DNA from: Emiliania huxleyi CCMP1516
Taxonomy: Eukaryota
DNA length: 64,000 nucleotides
Assembly: GCF_000372725.1 (NCBI RefSeq)
Contig: NW_005201792.1
Span: 103,452-167,451 of the forward strand
Direction of reading: 5' to 3'
Made by a program: the position numbers and the translations under genes. The notes beneath the pieces were generated by a model. It was not told the origin of the DNA. It saw only the letters and a list, made by a program, of their open reading frames with translations, and did not search any database. The first letter of the stretch is position 1; the number at the start of each line of letters is the position of its first letter. Shown here in pieces: positions 25,611 to 37,012 of the stretch.

Positions 25611-26247
25611 AAGAGAGCGTGGATCTGAGCCGCCTATGATCAGGCGCGACGAGGCTGAACGGGGACGCGCCGCCACCTCACACCGCAGGAGCAGCGCAGG
25701 AGAGGCGGGCAGGAGAGGCGGGCCTGCAGCTGGTTCTGCAACGCCGGCGGCAGCTGGGCGGGCGGGTAGGAGCAGGCGGGCATGCAAGCGCAAGCCGCCG
25801 GTTGCGCCTGAGCGCGTGCGGGGGGAGGGGGGGGGGGGGGGCGGTGAGCAAAAGGCCAGGTGGCCGGGTCCTAGTGACAGCCCGCACCATTCCAGCGGCG
25901 TACGCATACGCTGGCATCTGCATGGCGAGAGGATGGGCCGCGTGCAGAGCTGCAGGTGCCGACGCGGCCGTGCCCTGGTGAGGGAGGGGGCGGGAAGCTT
26001 GAGGGACGGAAGCGGTGGTGTGGGGCAGCTGGCTGACACGGTGCCGCGGCGAGGCTGCCCCAGCTGAACGCTGCGCCGCCCTGCGCCGGCCCGCGCTCCT
26101 CTGGATTCAGGGGCAGGATGAAGAGTGCGGCTGGCTGGGCGGCGGAGGCGTGGCCTGTTGGGGCTCGCAAGGGTGGAGCAACGTCGGGTGCGCGGCCCAC
26201 TCCTCGCCCGCGGCACCGCTGCTGCTGCTGTTCGAGGGCACCGACAT
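21870..26247 (-). CDS. Poly-Q protein with INO80 DBINO-like helix and degenerate SNF2 helicase C-terminal lobe; multi-exon, boundaries approximate
   Basis: AKRAALAAQKEVRRKALAAQR..LRCKRLVRDM (DBINO/HSA-like). SAKLRALLALLARLE and AAIFYD..RVGRL..VYYL..GLEEALL resemble the SNF2 HELICc region. Long CAG tract near 25523-25608. Confidence 0.5.
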
Positions 26248-27947
26248 CAGAGCAATGGGCGCTCGTCGACCCTTCGCCGCGCCGCGCGCTGCAGGTGGTC
26301 TGGCTAGCGCGGACACGAACCCGCGCGCGTTCACAGGCTAACGCGCTTCCTACACGGAGCAGGCGCTGCCATGGAAAAAAAGAATCTTCGCACGCAGAAG
26401 AAAACTCGCGCACTGGCACAAACACAGGTTCACGAATTTTAGAAATCCCCCCATAGAAAAAAGAAGTAGGCCGCACATTGCGGATTTGCGGTGCAGCTGG
26501 CGTTGCACACCAAGGGAGCCGCCTAAAAAAGAAAGGGTACATTGTTTTCTTTCTTTTAGACTTCGCGCCCGTGCCTGCATCCCTAATACCTCCTCTTGCA
26601 AAAGTTATTAGGGACACCCCCCTACCGCCGCCCAGTACGTGCTCCGCAGCTGAGCCCACGCACCCCACAGCAGCTCAGGGACACAATGAGCTCGCATACA
26701 AGTGCTGGTACGCACAGCTCGACGCGTACTCGAATGCGGCTGCCACTGTCATTCTAGCCGTTGAGCGGCGGCGTCACAGCGTCGACTCTCGCATCGCGAT
26801 GAGACGCACTGCTTGCCCAGACGCGCGCCTTGGCGCGCTCCTGTGGTGCAGGAGGAAGGCCAGCGGTCGTGCTGCGCAGGCTCGGCCGTCTGGCTGAAGG
26901 GAGCAGCAGCTGGCGCTCAACACGGCAGCGCTGTCCGAGCAGCGCAGCCACACCACACTCCCGCCAAACCACGTGTCATTTCGCGCCAAGATTTGGCCAA
27001 AATGGCACTTTAGTGTCCACCTAGCCACGTGGTCGCGGCTTGAAGCTCCAAGCTTCTGGGACTGAGGTCCCACATCACAGGGCTCCATTTGTGTGCAGGC
27101 AGGCGGCACCCTTCCGATCGTTCGCCGATATCCGAAAACCGGCATGTTGCTAAACTTTTGGAAGAGGAGGTACTAGAGTAACAAACAAACATCTCTCTCT
27201 CTCTCTCTATTGAGTACCAGTGCACGCCAGTCCCGTGCCCAGTTTTTAGGAAAGATTTGTCACAGTGTGTCTGTGTGTGTGGCTCTTACGAACATACCCG
27301 GAGAGAGAGAGAGAGGGGCCCAGAGGGGGCTGGTGCATGGTGGGCTGCTGACAGGGTTATGCGACGATCTAGCTTTTTCGGTGACAGTGTCTGTGGCTCT
27401 CACGAACATACCCGAAGGTGGACTGCTGACGGGGTTCGATGAGGAACGACTCCGAAGGGGACTACCGAGGCAAGGGCGGCCAGCGCAGCTGAGCCAGACT
27501 GCTGACAGGTTTGCGATGAGGAGCTTTTGCTTTTTGGAGCAGGCATCTCCAGCCAGGAGAGATGGGCGACGCACGAACACAGAGGCACACACAGTGCGCA
27601 CCCCGCCCCGCTCGCAGGGCGTGCATCACACAGGCAGGTGGACTGTGTGACTCCTCGGGGTTTCTGGGGACCACACTAATCGTGTGCTAGTCGCTACAGT
27701 CGGACGGTTCCGGCACGTCGTCTGAAAGGCAGTTCGGGTTCGGGCTCGAGCGAGGGAGGGCCGCGGTCGCGGTCGCGGCCAGTGCGCGGGGCCTGGCTAG
27801 GGCTGTCGGGCGTGATCTCGACCCACGCGCCGGAGCGCGAGTAGTGCTTGATCAGCCGGGCGGTTTTTGGAATTCTAGAAAGACTTCTAGTAAAATTCTT
27901 CTTTTGACTACGAACTCGACACCCGGCTCCCCCCCCCTACCTAACCT

Positions 27948-29105
27948 ATGCTGACAGAGCAGACCGAGGCAAGGGCGGCCAGCGCAGCTGAGCCAGCGCT
28001 CGAAGACCAAGGGCAGCTTTGCTGTTCTTGCCTCGGTATGGTCTGCCGCTGGGCAGAGCAGCCCATTGCCAACGATGCAGAGCGCGCACAGCGGCCGTTA
28101 CGGGCTTGGGTGCCCTTTCACCTGGATTTTGAAGACAATCGCCTACACTGGGCACCGCTAACCAAGATCCAACTCGAGAAGGCAGACTTTCTGGATTCAC
28201 GGCTCCTTCAGAGTGCGCGGCCTGACATTGTAAAGCGCACCTCTCTTGACTGCCGGGTTGAGAAAGCCGACTCGGAGATCATCTGGCTGTTTCACTTTGG
28301 GCACTGCGGCTCGACGTCTCTCTCACGTGCGCTGGGAAAGTCTCTCAGTATTCCAGCGTACCGCGAACCCGGTGCCATGTGGGCATTCTTCAGTCGCTTT
28401 GAGATGGCGCAAACCCTCACTCCATCCGACGTCAAGCTCGCGAAAGCTCTCATCTCAACCATGACCCGCGATTCGGGCTCATCGCTTGTGAAGCCCTCAA
28501 GCTTACATACAGAGTTCGCCTCATCCCATCTCGTTGACCCAGCCACATCAAACGCTCTTTTTTTAGTCCAGCACTGGAGAACGTGCCTGCTCAATGGGCT
28601 CAAGAACATTGAGCGGGGCGATGAGCTCGGCGGCGACTATCCTGTGTATGAACAGGTGGCCTGGAGGTTTTGGAAACGCCACGACGTCGATGCTCGAGCC
28701 GTGGCCGACCTCAAACAAGCTCTCCCCGCCCCTGTCGGCACACTTCTAATCGGATGGTTGGGCAAGATTTCTGCTTTCTATCGAGCATGGCAAGAGCTGC
28801 ATCAGGTGAACGCGAAGCTGGTCTGCTCTTTCGAACAGTATCTCGCTGCTCCTAGTCAAACGGTCCAACGTATCGCCAACAGACTTGAGCGCCGAGCATC
28901 AGACTTCCCAGAGGTTGACATCGGTGATCTTGGCAAAGGCCAGCACTACTTCAATGCGCGATCCTTCGCGCAAAGATTAAGCCAGATCGAATCGACACAT
29001 AAATCGTCTCTCTTGAAGTGTGATGCTCTAATGAACGAACTCCTTGAAGACAGTGGAGAACTTGGCGACGCTCTACGATTTTATTACGACGCAGTTGGAG
29101 TATAA
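27948..29105 (+). CDS. Intronless P-loop sulfotransferase-like protein of bacterial character
   Basis: 385-aa open frame with WLFHFGHCGSTSLSRAL (5'-PAPS-binding-like), YREP and LVKPSS. Visibly lower GC than the flanking genes. Confidence 0.65.
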   Translation: MLTEQTEARAASAAEPALEDQGQLCCSCLGMVCRWAEQPIANDAERAQRPLRAWVPFHLDFEDNRLHWAPLTKIQLEKADFLDSRLLQSARPDIVKRTSLDCRVEKADSEIIWLFHFGHCGSTSLSRALGKSLSIPAYREPGAMWAFFSRFEMAQTLTPSDVKLAKALISTMTRDSGSSLVKPSSLHTEFASSHLVDPATSNALFLVQHWRTCLLNGLKNIERGDELGGDYPVYEQVAWRFWKRHDVDARAVADLKQALPAPVGTLLIGWLGKISAFYRAWQELHQVNAKLVCSFEQYLAAPSQTVQRIANRLERRASDFPEVDIGDLGKGQHYFNARSFAQRLSQIESTHKSSLLKCDALMNELLEDSGELGDALRFYYDAVGV

Positions 29106-30307
29106 AGCCGTTCCGCCAAGGCCCTTGCCAGCGTCGCTGGCGGCGAGGCGGTGAGGCGCCTCTTCACACCTGCGTGTGGCTGATTAGGCCACGCCGGCCT
29201 CGGCGGGGATGCGCTCGATTGGCTTCTACTTCGGGATACCGCAGGACTGAGGAGAGTCCGGCCGCGGCTAGCATGGAGCGTTAGCGCAATTTTTTTTCCT
29301 TTTTTTCTCTGTCCGCATTATTTTGCCCGTACGTCTGCCCACACATCTAGAGAGAGAGACATCTACACATCTACCCGCGTAACCGTTATACACAGCGAGA
29401 GCCCCCCGTAAGGATCTCCCAGAACCAGCAATCCTCTCCCAGAAGCGACGATAAACCTACCCGCGCCAGGCGGAAGCGGCGAGTGAAGCCCCTTCCCGCC
29501 GAGGGCCCGCACCCAAGGGCGCAGAGACGGAGGCGGCATGGCAAGCCGCAAGCCGTGTAAAGCAACGCAACACAACAGCAAGGCGCGCATGCAAGGCGCG
29601 CATGTAATTTGCAGATCGATTCCCCGACCACCCCTGCATGCGCGGGCCTTGGTCCGGTGCCCCGCTGGCCGAAAGGTAAGGGCTGGACGGCATTGGGCCA
29701 ATCCTTGAGTGGCGCTGAACACTGACTGTGCGTGAGGGTGTGGGTGGAAGCCTCGGTGAGGACCTAGAAGTGTCTGATTGTGGCAGTCTAGTCTAGCGTG
29801 CGTGCAGCGGTGGCTGAGAGAGTGTTAGCGCATTCGCTGAGCCACGGCCTGTGGCCGGCTCGCTTCCGGCACGGGGCCCGCAGCGCTGTCAGCCTACGTC
29901 TCTGGACTGCCGTGGCCATTGTCGTTTCTCTTGCGTAGATTGGGTGGATGTACCGCGTTACACCTCGTCTCGATCTCCCACACCCGGGCCGGCGCCGACA
30001 CGCGGCAGGCGCCATCAGTACCGTAGCGCGCGAGTTAGGCGAGTAGCGAGTAGCGGGACGCTCTCTCTGGCCTAGTCTCTGGCTGTGTGCTGTGAGCTCT
30101 CTGTGTTTGTACTAGTTATCACTAAAATTGGAGAGCAGGCCTCTCCTAAATCGTGACTCCGTACTCGAACCCAAACTCATACAAAAGAGAGACACCTTTT
30201 CTCCCAGTAAGCTTAAAAGTACAAAAGAGTTCCCCTCCGGGGATACGTACATCACTGTCAACACTCACTCGTGCGAAGTACCGGCCGTGGAACGTACTAA
30301 ACAACCG

Positions 30308-32900
30308 CTAACACGAAAGGCCCGTGAGTGCCACATAGTTGACTTTGTCAATGCCATTCAAGCCACGCTCCAAATCGGCACCTCCTAACGGCGACGAGCA
30401 CTCGTCGCCGGCGCCGGACGCCACATCCTTCCCAGGCGCATTCACCCCCGAGTATTGCTCGCTCAACAAGCCACGCTTCAAATGGGCCATACCGCCTTGC
30501 TGCCTCCACGGCGATGTGCGCCTGGCGATGGTACGCGCCGCATCCTCCCATTCCCGTACATTCGACCCCTCGTGTACATAATGTTGACTTTGCGTGCGTT
30601 GGCATCGACGGGGAGGGTTGCCCTGAACGGTAAGGCACTGCGAGTCGTCGAGCTGCGTGAGCTTCGATACGCTGGAGGCTGGCCCAACATGCGTTCCATC
30701 GGGGACGTGCAAGCCAGGATTGACCAGAGCAAGGTGCGAGAGATGTACGCCGGCGCCAATCGTCAGTGGAGGAAACTCCATGTAGCCCTTTCCAAAATTG
30801 TGCGCGTAAGCCGACGCTGCCCCGTCAGTGCTGAAGCATTCGCCAATCGTGATCAACGACGTCTCCGGCTGCATGGGGTATAAGCCACCACGAGCAGGAA
30901 CCTCGGAGTGCCGTCCGACGGTGGCCCCCGCTAGTCGGAAGAGAGTGCGCGGAAAAGACGTGCCGGTCCATAGTCGAGCTATTGGCATTGTTAGAGAGGT
31001 GGCCGTTCTCGCGTTGAGTGCCAACGCGCTGGTCCAACGCGAATGCTCCCTCGTGTGCCAGCCGTACGCCTTGCCAGGCTGCGCGAGAGAACCCATTAGC
31101 GAGCGAGAGAAGAGGACGGAGCACACGGCGTAGAGTGGCTGGACGAAGAGCGGTTGGATGACGCATGCGGTGCAGATGGTGATGGTAGAAAACATGACGA
31201 AGGTACCCATGTCCGCGCCGCGGTCGAGTAGGCCTAGTAGCACGGGGCCAGAGGTAGTCGCGTGCCGCTGAGCCCACTCAACGGCGTCCGAAAGCTCGGC
31301 CTCAGATGTGACGCGGCGAGCTGGTGCACCAACGGAACGCGCGAGCGCGCACGCATCGAAACCGTTCAGAACCGTGCAGAACGGCTGTTGGCCGGCCGCG
31401 CGCTGCAGTCCGGACATCATACCGAGCTCGCCATCTGTCAGCACAACAACAATCACGGGAAGTCGGGCGCGCACCGCAGACGCGAGCTCCAGGCCCGTCA
31501 TTCGCCACGCGCCGTCGCCCACAGTCGCAACCGCGATCCGGTTGGAGTCGGAGACTCGAGTTTGGCGCACGAGGGCGAGCGCTGCGCCGAGCGCAGCAGG
31601 GACTGCGAAGCCCATGCTCGAGTAATTGACGGGCCCCATATATCGCGCGCCACGCACACGGAGCGACTCGGAGCCATATGTCGTGCCATTGCCCGAGTCG
31701 GTGGTGAAGGTGGCGTCTGGCATGCACGCCTGCAGTCGCCGGAAGAGCACGCTCGGGCTCACCCATGTATCAGCAGCGCCCCGTACGGCTGCCTCCTCGT
31801 CTGCCACGGTTGTGGCAAGCGCTGCATGCGCTCTGCACACACACGCCGCTAGCTCCTCCTGCACAGATGTGGCCGGTGCGTGGCCGATCGACTCGAGCGC
31901 CCTCAACAGCTCACGCACGAAGGCAGCAACGTCGGCGACGATGGGCACAGCGCCACGCACGTTGGCGCCCGGCACGCCCGGCTCAATGTCGACGTGAAAC
32001 ACCGTGACCCGACGGCTGGGCCAATTGTAGTGCGCGGAGGCGAGCTCTCCCATCCGTGCGCCAAGGATGACCCACACGTCGCACGCCTTGTCGAGCGTGC
32101 GAAGCGGGGGTGGGATTGCAGGCCCTACTCCTGGCCATAGCCAGCGTGGGTGGTCCTCCGGGAAGACACCCTTGCCGGAGAAGGTCGTGGAGACGATGGC
32201 GCCCGTCCTCTCCGCAAGCTCGACGACCAGAGGTGTCGCCTTGGCAGCCCCAAGGCCAAGATGGAGGCGTGGCTGTTTTGCGTTGCGCACGGCGTCCACC
32301 ACCGAGGCCACGGCTGACTGCAGCGCAACGTCAACAGCCGGCAAGGTGGGCGTGGTCTGATGCGAGACATCGGCTAACGTGGAGACGCTACGGCGCACCA
32401 GCACAGCCACCGGCGCGGGACACCCACCGCGTGCAGCCGCAGCCGCCAACCGCAGCGCGCCTGGCGTCGCCATGTCGAAGCTCTCCGTGCACAGCTTCGC
32501 CGCCACGTCCATCGCGATGCTGTCTGATTCAAGACCCTCGGGCTCGAGCACGAGCACGAGCATTGGCGTGCAGTCCATTAACGCCTCCCCGACCCCTGAG
32601 AAGCTTGCGGGGGGCGCAGTACCCTCGATGAGGATCGCGCCAATCGGCCCACCTTCACGGTTGCGCCGCGCAAAACCGTCCGCGATGAAGCCCGATGACT
32701 GGCCATCGGTCGCCACTATCACCTGCAGTGCCGCCGTCTCATTTAGCCGCGATACCTCACCTCGGATGGCGTGCATCAGATCGAGGAGCTCTTGGCTGGC
32801 CGGCGATCCCACGATGAGCCCGACACCCGCCTCCTGCAGCTCTGCGCACATGCGTGGAACGAGTGCACGCCACTCGGCGGAGGGCGAGGCGATCGGCGAA
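30308..32900 (-). pseudogene. ThDP-dependent enzyme (acetolactate synthase-like) fused to an NRPS-terminal beta-helix fragment; probable relic of a PKS/NRPS megagene
   Basis: GFIADGFAR, TTFSGKGVFPEDHP, SMGFAVPAALGA and VGDGAWRMTGLEL, followed by LFRLAGATVG..ITIGE..PPLTIGAGVHLSHLALVNPG. Ends VALTGLSC-stop. No clean N-terminus. Confidence 0.65.
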
Positions 32901-33306
32901 AGTGACCGTTCGGCGGGCTGTGGGGAGAGGTGCTGCTGCAATGCTCTCCACTCGACGATGACGCACGACGCGCACGCGGCCACCATGTGTGTCATCGACG
33001 TCGATGTGGCGGCCTCGCGTGAGGATGAGCCTTTCGTCGCGGCGTTCGAGCTGCAGACAGAAGTACCGACCGTGCTGAACGAAGTGCGCATCCACGCCGT
33101 CGAGTGGGCATGCGATTGCGAAGCAGCATGCAGCGATGGTGATCGCGACTCTGGCAAGCGCCGTTTAGTCCCGCCGTTTATAGTGACTTGCAGCACCGAT
33201 GGAAGTACTTTTGCGCCGCCCATCGTCACTCACGGCGGAACAGCGACAGGCATGGAGGCGAGGGCGCTCGTCCTACGGAACGCGCCGCGGCGTCGGCTGG
33301 CGCGCG

Positions 33307-33668
33307 ATGAGCCTCGCCGCACTGCTGGCCCTGCCTCGAGAGGCGCGCTGGGAGCAGGCAGACCGCCAGGGCTGCGACGACCTGTCGTTATCGATCGCGC
33401 GCGCCCTGCTTGAGCGGCAGACCAGCTCTCGTCGGACGGCGGCGGCCACCGCAGGAAGCTGAAGGCTTGGCTAGGGTAGGACGCCGTGCAGGCGCTCGCG
33501 GCGTGGTGGCTCGCAGCGCGGCTTGTGGCGGACCACGGCTACACGGAGCCGGAGCTCTACGCCGTCATCGAGGCCGAGTGCTGGTACTCGCCGGACTTGG
33601 GCACGATACGAAAGGAGCTCGTGCGGCGCTGGCTGCCTCGAACCGCCCTCCATCACGGAGAATGCTGA
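33307..33668 (+). CDS. Short hypothetical protein or gene fragment (two exons)
   Basis: MSLAALLALPREARWEQ... and ALAAWWLAARLVADHGYTEPELYAVIEAECWYSPDLG read as protein-like; no family recognised. Confidence 0.25.
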
Positions 33669-33914
33669 CCGGACGACATCGACCACAACCCGCGTCAAAC
33701 GAGAAACGTCGAAGGCATGCGAGCGACGCTCGACCCTCGAGGGCCCGAGTGGAGAGGCGTGATCTGAAAGACCCACGCCTGGCTCCTCGGGGTACGGGGA
33801 TCATCTAAATTCTCGTCCCTCCCAGTCCCACCCACCGGCGGCCACCGGCCTGCGCGCTGGCCGCTGCGGCAACCGCCACAAAAACCAAAACATGTGCGCG
33901 TAACTCGCGCTCTC

Positions 33915-35298
33915 TCACGACCTTTCATGCGGTGTCTCGCTCCGTGCCGGCGAGGAAGCGCTGGAACTTGCGCTGGACTCGCGGAGAGCAGCGGCGGCGG
34001 CCAGCTCGGCGAGACTCTCGACCGACGGTGTGCGCGGCCTTCCGGCCCCGGCCGCGGCGACGGCCTCGCAGACTCGCCGGTTCATGTCGAGCGCGCGCTG
34101 CCGCGACAGGGCGAGAGTGGAGGAGGAGTAGGAGAAGCGGTAGGTTCGCGAGGGTCGCCCCTCGGCGCTCTCCCACTCGTCGAGCAGGGAGGGAGGCGTG
34201 CGGAGCACGTGCGCCTCTGCGGGTGCCAGCGCGGCGCGGCACAGCTCGTGCAGCTCGGCCGGGCTGCGCGGCGCCCCGTCGAGCCAAAACGCATTGTCAA
34301 AGTCGAACTCGAGTCGCGAGACGCCTGCCGCAGCCTCGCGCGCGCCACTCGCCCCGCGAGGCGCCACGCCGCCGGCCAGCACGGCGCGCGTCGCACCGGC
34401 GCAAGCGGCCGCGGCGGCGCGAGAGGAGGGCGAGTCGAGGCCGTCGCCCTCGCGGACGAGGACGTGCGAGACGAGGGGGCGGACTGGCCCAACCCTGGCC
34501 GCCCGCCGGATGCCGCGCCCACCCGGCACGTAGCCCAGCTCGGCGAGCGGGCCGAGGTCCGCCTGACGGGGAGAGGGGAAGGACGCTTCTGTGAGGGCGA
34601 GGAGAGGCCCTGGAGAGACCGTGGCTGCCTCCGGCGCAACGACGGGCGGCCGCACCTCGAGCGCCGAGACGAGGAGGAGGCCCGCCTGCGCCGCCGCCAG
34701 CTGCACCTGCAGGAGGCAGCCGCCGGTGGGCGGTGAGCGGTGGCGGCCTTGGCGCGCCGCATCGCCGTTGTAGGAAGAGGCGCCGCTGCGGCGAGGCGCG
34801 CGCCTGCCACGAGTCTCCGATGGCGCGCTGGTTCGGGTCGAGCCGCGTGCCGCCCTGGCCGGCGAGGAGCGTCACCCAGATCTGGCCGTCGCGAGAGAGG
34901 ACGGAGGCGGCCGCCGCGCAAAAGTCGCGCAGGAGCGCGCGCTGCCGCTGGATCTGGTTCCGCCTGCGTGGCTCGGGCGGCGCCTGCGGGAGGTTGAAGA
35001 CGACGCGGTCCCACTCCTCCGACGGGTAGCGGCGGCTCAGCTCACGCGCGTCGACGCCAAAGTCGCATCGCGCACCCGCTGCGCGCACTCGCGCCAGCGC
35101 CTCCGCGGCGCGCGGATACCGCTCGTGCAGCTCCATCTCCTCCTCGAAGGCGGTCGCGGTGACCTCGATGGCGCCGCGCTGCGTGGCACAGAGCGCGGCC
35201 GCGTAGCTGAAATCGGCCTCGCCGCACAGCAGCACGCGCGATGGGCCCGAGAGCGGCTGGACGCCGAGGTCGAGCAGCGTGGGGAGCCGGACCAGCAT
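33915..35298 (-). CDS. FDXACB1: FDXACB1-like protein (BMT5/DUF2431 methyltransferase-like domain plus ferredoxin-fold anticodon-binding domain)
   Basis: VLLCGEADFSYAAAL, FGVDAREL, DRVVFNLP, LLRDF, IWVTL..GQGGT, DSWQ; C-terminal GRPSRTYRFSYSS..ALSR. Confidence 0.85.
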
Positions 35299-35483
35299 GG
35301 AAGGTAAGATTGGAAGGTATTGCAATAGGCTTCAGGGGCGGTGCTCTTTTTTATGTGTGGTTCATGAAGAGCCAACGTAAAAACTGTTTTGACCGCGCAA
35401 GACAAAGGGTGGCTAAGGGCTCTGCCCGCAAGGCGCCCGCGTCGCTGACGCGGTACAGTACCATTGACTAATCCCGAATGTGT

Positions 35484-35640
<157 letters not shown>

Positions 35641-36560
35641 TCCCGAAGAAGAAGAGTAACTAACTCTTTACAGATACAGTGGGTTGCGGGCATTAAGAAA
35701 CCTTACCATTAAGAAACCCTACCAAGCGATTTCCGCGAAATTCTAAGAAACCACGGCGCGCCGAGACTGGAACGTTTCGGAATTAAAGCATGCGCGACGC
35801 TGCCTCTTTGCACCGCTCGCTCGCGGCGGCGGGAGACATGGCCGCCGATGCGGCTCGCACTCACTCGGCGGGCCTCCGTCCCACAGCCGCCCGGGCGTGC
35901 CACGGGTCGGCCTGGCGCTGCGCTGCTCGCACGCTGCACTGCACAAAGCTGCGACAACAAGGGGAGGCTCCTGAGCTTGAGCGTTGAGCAGTGCAGCTGC
36001 GGGCGCTCGTGGGCGGCTGTGCAGTGTGAGAGTGCCTGATTGGGGGCGAGTTGGTGCTGCGCCAGGCCCAGGGTGCGCAGCATGCCCTCTTGCTCTGTGC
36101 TGAGGCATGCTGGCTGGCGCCCAACACAATGCCCTGGGTACATTGCTCCACGCCGTGCTGGCTGGTGCAGTACTGCCAGTGCGCCGACTGGCGCGCAGGG
36201 TGCGCGTCGCCGCGCGTGGCACGGATGGAATGCTTTGTGTATGGCAGATGGCACCGCCGCGGGTGACCGCGGTGTGTCCCCCGCGTGTGTGTGTGTGGAC
36301 TTGTCACTTGAGCCTCTATGATTCGTAGACCATCTGCGCAGCGCCTCGGAGAGGCGCGCAGGAGGCGCGCTTTGTACTCGGTCGGGTTTGGATGATAGCG
36401 GGGGGCCCCGCCGGAGGCTGGTTGTTGATAGCAATACCATTTGTTGTTGTTGTGTGATGTGTGATGCGGGAGAACAAGATAGGTGGACGCTCTTCACGAC
36501 AAGTCAGTCTCTGGAAAAGTGGTAGGCGACACTGTTGCGAGGCGTTTTTTTGTTTCACTC

Positions 36561-36968
36561 AGGTGGCGTTTATTTTTGCTTGGGCGGCCCTCATGCTGAA
36601 ATTCTGCAAAAACCCTGGCCGGCCCCTGCGGTGCCCCTACCTACCTACCTACCTACCTACCCTACTTATGGGAAACTAAAAAAGAAATCACTCGATGGGT
36701 GAAGGTGGGGTACTATACCAACTAGAGTGATGGTTGGTGGTACTCTCCTGCATCCACAGTCCTTCTTGTGACATGGGAGGCCACTCTCAAGCCCTACAAG
36801 CATCAGATCACCCATTTGGGGAGAGTTGACATCGTGATTTCCGCGGAAAATTTCTTTTTCTGCTGTGAAAATTCCAGCTTGAAGAGAGGGAAAACCCCGA
36901 CGGGAGGGCCCAGACCTACCCTACCTACCCCGGCATGAGGGCCGGCCAAGCAAAAATAAACGCCACCC
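36561..36968. mobile_element. 408-bp MITE, Mutator-like by TSD length
   Basis: About 36-bp terminal inverted repeats (aggtggcgtttatttttgcttgggcggccctcatgc / gcatgagggccggccaagcaaaaataaacgccaccc) flanked by the direct repeat gtttcactc (36552-36560, 36969-36977). Confidence 0.88.
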
Positions 36969-37012
36969 GTTTCACTCATTCAGTCAAGCCGGTCACCAGG
37001 AGAGAGGATCGG

